Assembly: GCA_000934665.2 (NCBI GenBank)
Contig: JYFJ02002445.1
Location: 1 to 56,979 of the forward strand
DNA length: 56,979 nt
Origin: Catajapyx aquilonaris
Taxonomy: Eukaryota
Direction: 5' to 3'
Below, piece after piece: positions 23,516 to 35,676 of the stretch. How positions within the stretch are numbered: position 1 is the stretch's first letter; the number at the start of each line of letters is the position of its first letter. Both the position numbers and the translations under genes were made by a program. The notes below the pieces were generated by a model. The model searched no databases and was not told where the DNA came from. It saw only the letters and a list, made by a program, of their open reading frames with translations.

Positions 23516-23853
23516 TCGGCCCTTGGAGCATGATTGTGCTCCATCGGGCGACGTCCCATTTTACATTACAAGGTCATGTATAAACAAAGCATACCGTTCA
23601 TTCCTTCCAGCCCGTGAACAAATAGTTGTCATCTCTTAATGACGTCATAGAGAGATATCCCCAAATCTTAACAATAATATTGTATCGCCCTTTTTAAAAA
23701 TAAATGAACTTTGTAAAGAAGATGCGTTTCGCACGTATTAACACTGTAGTGTGTATTGATCCTACAAATAACAATAATCGTAAAATAACGACTCCCATAT
23801 GCAGCCTATACATAACAAAGTGCAAACTCATATTTGCAAGAAAACTATTGTTT

Positions 23854-26016
23854 CTACTGAACTTCCATAATGTTTGTGTTTTTAAAATACCGGTAACGCT
23901 TTACTACAACCTCAATCACAAATGAGGGAAAAGCCAAAATTACGTAAATGAACATTAAGCTGTAAAAGAGACCTTTCATTTGCTTGACATTCAACGCCAG
24001 AGAAGGCACTTCTAACAGGTAGCTCCTCTGTCTAGCTTCCTTCACTTTCTCCAGGTAATGAACTCTGAAAGTGTACTGATCATAAAATTCTACCATGCCA
24101 GCAGCATCCAAACGAAAAAGCGCTTTATCGAAACGTGGTTTAAGAAAATCATGCTTTGGAAACACCATCACGCAATAAAATTTTGTCGAAGTGTCATCCA
24201 CTCTGGAAAATGGATAGTTTCCGTTCATGTCCAAGAAATCATCAGCTGCCCTGATGAGATATCTTGCAATGCTCATGCAGGCGTAATCATCATGAATAAC
24301 TGAGAGGAGACATTCATCGAAGGTGTCTCTGGATTCAATGTTGTTGGCCAGGTGCTGAAGGCTCTCCACCTCAGCTTCCCCGAAAAGTATCTTGCCAAAT
24401 ATTGCATGAAGAGCCAGAGACCCCCACCTCCATCCTGGTCGAGATGTCAAATCAGCTACGTTTCTATTTGATTTATATGGAGATGAGAACAATGATTTTT
24501 AAATATTGATAAAAGAAGTGTCTTACTTAGGTAGGTCCTCATAAATCGGGTTGGCCAGAAACCCGATCAACTTGGCCGTGTATCCACAGGTGATGACCAC
24601 AGCGAATGTCCACCAGAGAGAGAGGAACATCCTGGCAGAGTGTGACATCGGGACAAGGTTTGGGTTCTCCTCGATCAGGGTCAGGAGGACATAGGTCAGG
24701 GAGTAAGGGAAGAGGGGAGGGGAGGGCTTGGGGAAGGGGGAGGTGACCTTCTTGGTGGTGACCAGGAGGAGAAGCCAGAGGAAGAGGCTTCCGATGATGC
24801 AGGAGACGGCGATCAGGAGCCACATTCCCTTGGTGTACGGCCGGATTATCACGTCCCAGGAGTATAGGATTCGGGGTTTGCGGGTGAGGTAAGTCAAAAC
24901 AGCTGGGTCCTCTACAAATAATCCATAGTCGATCACTTCAAGAGGATTAGTAAAAGCTACAGATATGACACATAAGTCAGCCTTCCCATACAAAAGTGCT
25001 CCGATCATTCCTATCCATGTGCCATCATCCATTTTGTCTTCAATAGAAATAGTATTTGTCATAACTTCAATCTTCAATGAAAAATTCATGTGTCTAGTGA
25101 AGTGAAAATAAAGGAATTCCTGGAGGTGTACGAATTCTCCCTTTTGAAACCTATCCATTACGATGCTGTGATCCGTTTCCAACGTATTAAACGGATAAAT
25201 ACCCCGAACAGTTTTTCCTTGTAAGTCATAAGTATAATCAGGAAACAACTTATCAAGACTGGTGGTGTCCCAGTCAATATTGACTATTTGCCCTTCCCCC
25301 TGGTTGCAAAAGAAGCAGTTTGACCAAAGCAACGATGTCTCCACATCTACCACCAGCTTGTTCCTAGAATACAAGAACGTCATAACATCAAATCAAAATT
25401 TAGTTTTTAACTATTAAGCATTTTGACATTTTTGCAAGTGTACATAGATTAGGTCTTACAATTAAACCTACTTCAATACTGATGAATGTTGATGACGAAG
25501 TATCTCCTCCACCCCTCCATCCCTGGTGAAGAACATGAAGTGATGTTCGAGTGTGTTGATCAGAACACTGGCCGCAGTGGTCTCGATCAGTAACTCGAAG
25601 TTTTCATGTTGGAGGAAGAATGCAAAAAGCGTGCAGTGGGCATGATGCGTGGCACTAAGACGATGCAACCAGTCGAACCAATAAGGTTCAGGAGTCGAGG
25701 TCAGATTGGCCGTTGATTCATCCAGCACTTCAGATTCCTCTTCAGAATTCAGGTGTGGTAGTTGAATTGTTAGGATTGTCTGGTTCTTGCTTGCAAAAAT
25801 GTTAAACAATTTCGATAGAAGAAGTGAACTGTTGTAATCATGAGAAAAAACGAGGAGGCATGGATCATCAAGTAGTGGTTGAATGTCTTTCACCAGAGAA
25901 AGTGCACGATGCAATGTTATGTTGTCGCTTTCGTTGAGAACAATTTGATATTCTGTACATGGTGCAATACACAATGGAAGGAGGTAGACAATGGTAACCC
26001 GCACTATACTTTCCAT
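23854..26016 (-). CDS. Divergent ionotropic receptor IR-E (intact, 663 aa)
   Basis: Exons 26016-25472, 25363-24527, 24463-23854 (1992 nt, open), with the same two phase-2 introns as IR-A. Signal peptide, DDGTWIGMIGAL (S1), GYTAKLIGFL (M2), RLDAAGMVEFY (S2), LNVKQMKGLFY (M3). Confidence 0.93.
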
Positions 26017-26951
26017 AGCACCTAGTTCCAATAGACACACTGCAGGGTATTACAAAATATAATGGCATGGAATGGTATGGCATTCCAAATAGTTTCATAT
26101 TTATGAAATTAATTGATTCTATCTGTTTCCTATAGCTTATTAATATTGCACTGCCATAATGTTTCTTAATTTTCGTATGGAATTATTCGATATATGGGCT
26201 CAGTGGTTCACTATTAATACAGATGAGCATATTAATTCAATGTTTGTCATGACTGTCAAATGACAATACACTTATATAAATTATTTACTTCTGCCCTGAA
26301 AATTCATGAGCTATACTTCCAGAATGTGCATTTGACTCTGAAAGTTGTTTGGCAAGTATAACGGTATTGTCAATATATGGTTTAGATGCCATTAATATTC
26401 CATCGTTATCGAGGGTTATTAATTGAATCATAATATAGCCATATTGCATAACGCAATGTGGCTGCTTGGCATTGATATAGTGCAAAAGACTAAAATGTTC
26501 CCAATGACAGTCTGTACCAAACAGTAATAAAGACCATCCATATTCATTACTATGTGCCACAAAAATTGACAAACACTGTTGCCTGTGAGGCAACGAACCC
26601 ATTCTATCTGCGTGTCTCTTAAAATTACAATCATTATTCTCAGAAATATGAAAACTGGTTGGTACAATGGTGTTGTCATTTAGTAGTAAATAATTTATAT
26701 TTCAACGTCACTTAGCATGATATTTAAATTTCAACAAATTAATCGTATTATTTTTGTCATGACAAGATTAGGAACAATGTAAAGGTGTTATTTATGCACT
26801 TACAAGTCAGTGTAACTGCTAATTAGTAATTTCTCTAACAGCAGCACATCTTACTAGTACATGTATCCGCAAGTTTCTCCATCAAAAATGCATGAAAGGC
26901 CCATGATTGCAAATATTAATATTAATCCATAGAATTATATGAAGTGCATAT

Positions 26952-27016
26952 GAAGCAACTCAGCTATCAACTGCAGGCCAATGTTGAACACAACGTTCAT
27001 GCACATCCTCACCAAA
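26952..27016 (-). pseudogene. Orphan fragment of SLC22 exon 8
   Basis: GAAGCAACTCAGCTATCAACTGCAGGCCAATGTTGAACACAACGTTCATGCACATCC is nearly identical to 27839-27896 (RMCxNVVFNIGLQLIAELL). Confidence 0.75.
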
Positions 27017-27387
27017 GTACCAAAGTAGTCCGCATAGTTACTTTCATTTAAATGATAAAATAAGTAAATTTATTTTCTGTAATTGGTCATTTATTCTGAT
27101 GCTGATCTCATCGTAGGCACATAGTGACCCCCAAAAAATTATGACTAACTTCTATGCAAGAATGATGATGATTGTGAAATTGTATCGGTATGGACTGAAA
27201 CGTGGAATGGACGGGAATGCCTTTGGTGTCTTTTTGTTCCTGAATACATGTAATACCTGGTAATACTGTGTGATTATAGTTTGATTCCACCCTATACCGT
27301 GTCACATACCATAACATGTTATGACGTATCACGCCGAATCGCTCTCTTCCTAAAATACAGGCACCAATCACATCGTAGTCTTATACA

Positions 27388-30300
27388 CTATAGGGAATCA
27401 TCTGCTGTCCTGTTTATGGATACCACGTTTGGGTCTCTAGAAACTATGATTGGTGCTGGACATGCTTCCTCCGGAGACATCAATGGTGTCGTACACTGAC
27501 CAGTTCCGGCCGGCCGCTCTTTCCTGAGAAATAAAGCATGACTTATAGGAAAGATTAATTCCATATCCACAATTAATAATACCTTATTGGCAGGCAGTCG
27601 CAGAGATGCTGGTCCTTCCCAAACTGCTCTCCGTCCTCCAGAGTGTTGGGCAGGTTGGTCCCTAGTGTCTCCGGAAGCATCATGCACAAGAGTCCTCCGA
27701 AGATGGACAGAGCTCCCAAGATGAACAGCGGGACACCCTTCCCAAGGACGGCCAGGTAGACGATGACAGGTGACACAATGCTTCCAACATAGCCCATGAT
27801 GTGGATGGTGCTGACTCCTTGTGCTCGAAGCACTGTTGGAAGCAACTCAGCTATCAACTGCAGACCAATGTTGAACACAACGTTGATGCACATCCGACCA
27901 AATATAGCCAGTGTTGCCGACAGAAGCGGTAAATCTGAAAGTTTAAAACTCATAGTCTTTCCGAGCTTTGCCTCACCATGTATAAATGAAACTACCTCTT
28001 GGAACAGCGATGGCTGCGAAAGAAAACAATCCTGAAAGACAAAGAGAACCGACGGCCAACCACCGTCGTCCCCATCTGTCCAACGTCAGTACGACGAAAA
28101 TGTCGGCTGGAAACTCTGTCGAAGATGCGATAGTGAATGTGATGAATATGCTGAAGCCCAAGTTGCCCACATTACGAGCATGACCATCGTACTCCACGGC
28201 TATTATCAACCTGCAATATGAATTAACATGAGTTTACATGTCAAATGTCAGTAGCAGATTTGTACTGACCAAACGATAGTCATCACAATAGTATTTCGTC
28301 TCAGATTTGGAGTCTTTAGCAGGTCTAAAAATGTGTACCGTCGATCTTGTTCCGTTTTTCTCTCAGCTTCAACATGATCCTGCAAACAATTTAATTAAAG
28401 TAATTATGCATGGTGGGCAGTTAGAGGGATAATCCTGGCAAACACAAAAAATTGCATTTAATCCATTATAATTGCACAGAATATTTGTAGATGCGTTACA
28501 AACAAAGGCTAATAAATAAATTAGATGCAATAAATTGCATTCCTCTAATTTATTTATTTGTTGTCTTTTGTAACATAATTATCTACAAATATTCTGTGCA
28601 ATTTAAATACCATTTTAATGCTACTTTAATTTTGCAACCTGTATGCAATCTTAAGCAGTTAAAAACAGTTCAAAGTGTTGAAACAACAATCTATACCTGC
28701 TACATAAACTTCCATAGTGATAGTCCTTATCGTACTCTACTTACTATGAACATGTTGTACGTATTGTCATCTATCTTCTTTCCGTTCCACTTCTCAAATC
28801 TCCTGAGGATCACCATGGCCTTGTCTGTCTGTCCCTTAGAGATAAGCCACCTGGTGAAACAAGGTCATTGCATAATAATTACAGGATGACCATGTGCGAT
28901 TGCCGTTTGTATATACCTGGCGCTTTCTGGGACAATCCAATACGCCAATATGGACACAGCCATGGGAGCCGAAAGGGACAGAGTGAAAATTCGCCAGTCA
29001 CGAATGTAGTACGCTGCCCAGGGTACGATCAGGGTACCGGCTGTGTAGAAAGTGGCGATGGACAGGTTGGCCACCAATGTACGCCATTTGGGACCCACAT
29101 ACTCCAAAGCTGCAAAGAACAGCACTAAGCACTTGCTGTACCAACACCTATAGGTATATGGACTCACCGAGAATGTACATCATTGTCATGACGTTGTCAA
29201 AAGACATTCCTATTATGAATCGAACTACTAGGAACACGTAGAAGTTCGATGCCAATGCGGTGAAGCATCCAGCCATGCAGGCCAAAATGTTGGTGGCCAG
29301 CAAAGCAGGGACACGACCCCAGTTGTCTGCCACGAAACCAAACAACAATCCTCCAGTGATGGCCCCCATGAAGAACACAGACTGTGCGATTGTTGGTTTG
29401 GTCGCCTCATCGCAAACCCAGTTGTTCTGCAAATAATGTAACAATTAGAAGTGTGTCGCACAAAAGACAACTTGACTGAAAGTGTTCAGTAGGCCATAAT
29501 TAGATTACAAAAGGGCACAGGTCCATCAATACACTATTACAAAAAATAAATTGTTTAGCCCAGAAACTACTTAAATTAAAACAACATGTAGAAAGCATCC
29601 TCTAAGAATAAGCGATCACTTCTTTACCCGCACAAGTAATTATATTCATATCAGGATTTGTGCCGTTTTTTGCTGTTTTGTTGCGAAAAGAGTAACCTCA
29701 GAAGTGATGGTTTCGTACGGAATCTCCGAGAAATCGTACTCCCAATCCTTGCAAGTGGTGATGGGCCAGGTGCTGTTTGGAACCAGGTTTTCTTCTAGAA
29801 CCTGGGTGTAGTTGACTGCGTACATGCTGCACTTGCTGAAGGTCAATGTATACGAAAACATGTCCTCTCTCTCCAAAGGTATGCTCAGGTTTTTTCTGCA
29901 GTGTAAATAAATTATGACAACTCGTGTCAATGGTATACAGTTTGTAAGAAACAGGACATACACAGTTATTCTAATGCATGGTATTAAATTAAAATAATAA
30001 AATAATAATTGTAATATTTTATTAATAATAACCATGACTTAGTTAAATACATAACCTTTCATATATTATTATGAAAAAATATTAAGCTGTGATCATAATA
30101 TAACAGGGCACGTGTTCCACGGACTCAAAAGTGCGATCTTGACATAACACACTGCGTCACAGTCATAAATTATATTTTATGTACTTCTTGCACAACCCTT
30201 TTGTGTTAGTGCCATTAAAGCTATTTATACATTCATTGTTTACACACCATTTGACTTCTACAAAATGCGCATGGCTATGTTGGAATATTTGGGCACATGT

Positions 30301-30620
30301 TTTCTGTCGCGCATCAAAAAGGCACATTTTTTATTGAATTGTTCAGGGTCAATGATATCACTCGCCTTCAGTGCCACATGGCCCCGTTTGCCATTCCATC
30401 ATGTGCTAGCAAGTATTAAAATATATTATTCTCACCTAAGAGTAACAGTCAGATTTTGAAGTTCGTCCACCCTGCACCAGTGATCCGGCGTGAGAGTAAT
30501 GAAAAGCTGGCTGAAGTACACAAACGTCACAAAAATGAAGAACGGACACTGCATCATGAACAACACCTTCTGGTAAAATCCAAACTCTCCCAACTGAATC
30601 AAAAGCTCGTCGAAATCCAT
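27388..30620 (-). CDS. SLC22/MFS organic cation transporter (carcinine-transporter-like family), copy B, 584 aa
   Basis: Exons 30620-30436, 29895-29697, 29426-29168, 29109-28917, 28850-28745, 28379-28270, 28210-27996, 27934-27583, 27523-27388 (1755 nt, all GT-AG). Motifs MDFDELL..GEFGFYQK, NWVCD, ADNWGR, PESARWL, LDRWGRR, AELLPTVLR, LPET. Confidence 0.93.
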
Positions 30621-31293
30621 CTCTTTGCTATAAAGAAAACTATCCTTATTGCAATGTATGTGCCATGTACTGTTGGACACTTGCTGACCAGAAATGAGAC
30701 ATTCGGCCAGTCTTTGTCCACTACTCCGGTGCAGTAGGTCAGAAGCACATGTATTGATCACTAGAAGCCGGGCTAGGGGGACGACCATGCATACTATTGG
30801 AGAAGGGGGAAAGAGAGGGGCTGTGCTTACGTGACGTGTGTGCGAAGCAAGTGTCAATGATTTATATTTACATGACAATACGCTGTTTCTAAGGGGAGTA
30901 ATGTGCATGCAAATTGATCGTTCGTGGGTACCCAGATTGATTTTTTTTTTGCGAACTGGCAAAACTGTTGGTTGCGAAATGCGCATGCTTTGTATTGAGC
31001 GTGGGAATTTCATCTGGACAGTATGATTCATGCAGGTCTTGACAGAGGAAGATACTAAGGAGGAAAAGTCTTAGCTAAATGATTGATATGACCTGATGGT
31101 AAGATGCATAATGTTGCCATTATTATTCTGCATGTAGAAGCAATTGGTTGGTACACAGGTGAATTATTATCAGCAGTCAATGTCAGCACAATGTCATTTA
31201 TTTACATACAAACCAAACATATTTCCAGGTTCAAACGGGCGTCTTTGTCTATGGTCGTTGTGGTTGCGTGATGCGGTAGGTGTGAACCCAAGT

Positions 31294-34200
31294 TCATACT
31301 GATGAATCTGCTGTTGGTTCAGCTTTCTTACGCTGAAGTACAGATGGAAGTGTAGGGTCATCAGACACAATGCTTGGGATTCTGTTCGCTTCTTCTGGGG
31401 TCAGAAGAGGCGATGTGACCTGACCTGCGTTACTAACCACGTCTTTTTGGCGATACCTGCAAATTTAAATGTGGTGTCAACAATGAAACCTGTGGATCTT
31501 CCTAAGTGCACAGCGAACCTTGGCAGACAGTCGCAGATACGCTGGTTTTTTCCAAACTGTTCTCCTTCCTCCAGAGTATTTGGGAGGTTGGCTCCAAGTG
31601 TCTCAGGAAGAAGCATACACAAGAGTCCTCCGAAGATGGACAGAGCTCCCAAGATGACTAGTGGGACACCCTTCCCGAGTACGGCCAGGTACACGATGAA
31701 CGGCGACATTATGCTTCCAACATAGCCCATGATGTGTATGGTGCTGACTCCTTGTGCTCGAATCACTGTCGGAAGAAGCTCAGCAGCATACTGAAGACCA
31801 ATGTTAAACACGACGTTGATGCACATGCGGCCCATGATGGCCAGAAACGCAGACAGTATCAGCAAATCTGAAGGAAATATTAACTGTATTATTTATTACA
31901 ATTAAAATAATAAACGTAGAATATTGTCTAACGTTTAGGAACAGCGATGGCGGCGAAAGAAAACATTCCGGAAAGACAAAGAGCAGCAACAGCCAACCAC
32001 CGTCGACCCCATCGGTCCAATGTAAAGACCACGAGCATGTCTGCTGGAAATTCAGTCGACGATGCGATAGAGAAGGTGATAAAGATGCTGAAACCCAGGT
32101 TGCCCACGTTACGAGCATGACCATCGTATTCCAGTGCAATTATGAGCCTGCAGAACATCACACTTATTACATGTTGCACTTCATGGAGTTATAATCATTG
32201 CTTTTTACCAAATTGTTGTTAGCACTAATGTGGTACGTCGCAGATTTGGCGTCTTCAGTAGATCTAAAAATGTGTACCGGCGATCTTCTTCCATTTCTTT
32301 TCTATCTGCTTCGACTTGAGCCTGAAATAAATACATTGAATAAAATAATAATAATACAGTGGAAGTGGCTTATAGCAAAAAAAATGCAATTGAAAACGCT
32401 ATTTGAGACAAAAATATCCATCAATTTCCATGAGGAAATATGTCGATCTATTATTTTTTAAACTCTTTTCTTACTAAAAACCTTCGATATGTGTCGTTGT
32501 CCACTTGTTTTCCGTTCCATTTTTCAATACGTTTGATGATTTTCATGGCTCGTTCCGTTTGGCCTTTAGAGATGAGCCACCTAACAAAAAAATCATGTAT
32601 TTCACACTTAATTACAGAATCTGTTTTGGTCAAAATAATATAGATCATTTACGTTGTGCTCTCTAAATTTTCATCTTACCTCGCGCTTTCCGGAACTATC
32701 CAATAGGCTAATATAGTAACCGCTATTGGAGCAGATGTGGACAGAGTGAAAATGCGCCAGTCACGAATGTAGTACGCTGCCCAAGGTACGATCAATGTAC
32801 CGGCAGTGTAGAAAGTGGCTATGGACAGGTTGGCCACCAGTGTACGCCATTTGGGACCCACGTACTCCATAGCTGCACGAAGAAAACATTTTTTAAAAGT
32901 CTTTCGCACTCTCTATGGACAGGTACTCACCGAGAATGTAGATCATAGCCATGCAATTGTCGAAGGACATCCCGAAAATGAATCGGACCAACAAAAACAC
33001 GTAGAAGTTGGATGCCAATGCGGTGAAGCATCCAGCCATACAGGCCAGCATGTTAGTGGCCAACAATGCAGGAAGACGACCCCAGTTGTCTGCAACAAAG
33101 CCGAACAACAATCCTCCAGTGATGGCCCCCATGAAGAACACAGACTGGGCGATTGTTGGTTTGGTAGCCTCGTCGCAAACCCAGTTGTTCTGCAAGTGAC
33201 ATAACAATCGAAAATATCGCACCAGATTATGCAGTGATGTGTGTCCACTATATTGATTGTTAAAAGGCGCAAGTCCACCAGTATACGCTATTACAAAAAG
33301 TAACCTCAGAAGTGATGGTTTCGTACGGAATCTCCGAGAAATCGTACTCCCAATAATTCTTGCATGTGGTGATGGGCCATGTGCTGTTTGGAACCAGGTG
33401 TTCTTCCAGTACCTGGGTGTAGTTGACCTCATACATTCTGCACTTGCTGAAGGTCAGTGAATCACTGAACATGTTCTCTCTCTCCAGAGGTATGCTGAGA
33501 TTTTTCCTGCAAACAATTTTTTTTTCATCTGTTATTGGGAAAAAATCATGTTACAAGTACACTGCTGCACTCATACCAAGGGCAAAAAAACAAACATTTG
33601 TCAAGTAATTTTTTTCCATGTATCTTACTGGAGCCGCTACAGAACCATTACGCCCATTAGAACAGCAGACCTTGTGAAGTGCCTCTCATATGTAAATCTT
33701 CCCAATATAGGTCTGTCATAATTTTTGATATGCATAAGCAGTTATAATTGGCCTGAGATTGTTGTTCTCGTCTAGATACCAGAAAGCTCAACGTCATTCT
33801 CTAACTGGCAGTTTTATTGTATGGAAATACAATCTGTCTTCTAGAGCTATTAATTAAGCAATTTTAATATTCTAACTTCCAAGTAATTTCCATTTACGTT
33901 GACATGTGCTTATGACCCTGCATTGTACTGTACACACCTCCTTGCCTTATCAATGTGCAGACATGCCCTTATCTTGAGAGCTGCTGCCGACAAGTCCTAT
34001 CGCCTATTGATATACTGTACTGTAGTAGCTAATAGTGTAGCACAAGTGCCTGCAAAGCTGCATGCTTTAACATTATCACCTCTTTGATGTACAATATTTT
34101 TGGACGAAATGAATCATTCGTTAGCAACTGTCAGTAACCACACATTACACTATAAAGAAATGTGGCATCATTGCAATCTATAGAGCTGAAACTCTTTTCA

Positions 34201-34430
34201 CGTGCCAAGTTGGCGAAAAAGACTATAGAGTTAAAAATAACTCACCGGAGAGAAACACTGAGATTTTGAAGTTCATCCACCCTGCACCAGTGATCCGGCG
34301 TAAGAGTGATGAAAAGCTGGCTAAAATACACAAACGTCACAAAAATGAAGAACGGGCACTGCATCATGAACAACACCTTCTGGTAAAATCCAAACTCTCC
34401 CAAGTGAATCAAAAGCTCGTCGAAATCCAT
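31294..34430 (-). CDS. SLC22/MFS organic cation transporter, copy A, 594 aa
   Basis: Exons 34430-34246, 33506-33305, 33189-32931, 32872-32680, 32580-32475, 32321-32209, 32147-31933, 31867-31519, 31456-31294 (1785 nt). Same motifs and intron positions as copy B. Confidence 0.93.
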
Positions 34431-35676
34431 CTTTGCTTATGATCACAGTCCGCACTGTTCAGCCCCACAAAAATTAACCTCCGCACAACTTAAACGAGGG
34501 TTAATTCCGAGTCCTTGACGTCACCACAAACACTTAAAGAATGTGAATGGCCGCCATCAAATTCGAATATTTCAGTTGCTGCTCCAAAAATGTGAGTGTT
34601 AACACATAGGAGCACATATCCAGACTGTGATGCACCTGGTTAGGTTCAAGGGGGGTGGGGGAAACTTATAGATGCGGCGGAGGGGGATGACCTTTATTCT
34701 TAGTTGACGACTTAAACGTGACTTTGACTTCAATGTTTATGATAAGATGTAGGCTGATGATTAGCTGGGTAAATAAAGACCACGATTGGATGTGCAACCT
34801 GTACAGAATACGTTAACCCAATCTATATTTTGATTGACCCTCAACTGATGGCATTGTTGGGATGACGAGGTTGTTGGGAACTGATGACATTGTAGGTCAA
34901 TCTATGTAGGCCAATGCCCATTTTCTGAAACGTTCAGGGGGGGGGACATCTGTGGTCATTTATTATGGTGAATAATTATTATTATTATTTCACAATTTTA
35001 TTTATGATCATAAATAAAACTTTTTTTAAAAATTGGGTAGGCATTTGGTATTAATAAACCAGGGGTCCAATTTTGGTCTCGTGGCTAGTTACTTCTAACT
35101 TAGCAGTAGTACCAGTGTTGTCAATGGTATACTGCTAAGTTAGCAGTAACTATCTGTGGGAGGAAAATTCCACCCCATGAGACCAGAGATGATAACTTTT
35201 TTAAAAGACTGATCTGCCTCCTAAAAATTGGAAAGTGATGCTCAGAATCAGAAATTTCCCTCGTATTTTAACGGTTAAAGGATAATAATGATAATTGATA
35301 TTACTCGTGATGTTGGGGCACTCATAACATATCTACTTTTTTTCCGGTGACGCAAAAAAATGTGACTTTTATCGCCAAAAAGTTGTCATTTTGGCGCTAA
35401 GCAAGAAGTGTACAGGATCATTGTTAAGTCAATACGCGGTAACCTTTTTTCGCTTCGACAAACTTGAAGTTCTTATGAAAGTCAAGGTCATCAGTAATAA
35501 TATTGATGACGCAACCTTGACTGGAGCCTAAGGAAGCAGCTTAATTGCACAATTATTGTGGAATTCAGTTGCTTCCTTAGCTCTTCCGCAATGGCACATT
35601 TAAAAAAATAGTGTTTTTTTGTTTTCGTTTTTTGTTTTTTGTTTTGGTAGTAGGCCTATGTGGGTAAGGACAGAAA

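Noticed and set aside
23445..23639. Poly-Leu ORF resembling a signal peptide
   Set aside because: Translation of a (TTA)n microsatellite.
30621..31031. Long N-terminal extension of SLC22 copy B suggested by the ORF track
   Set aside because: Paralog A and the family begin at MDFDE, and the extension has no protein-like features.
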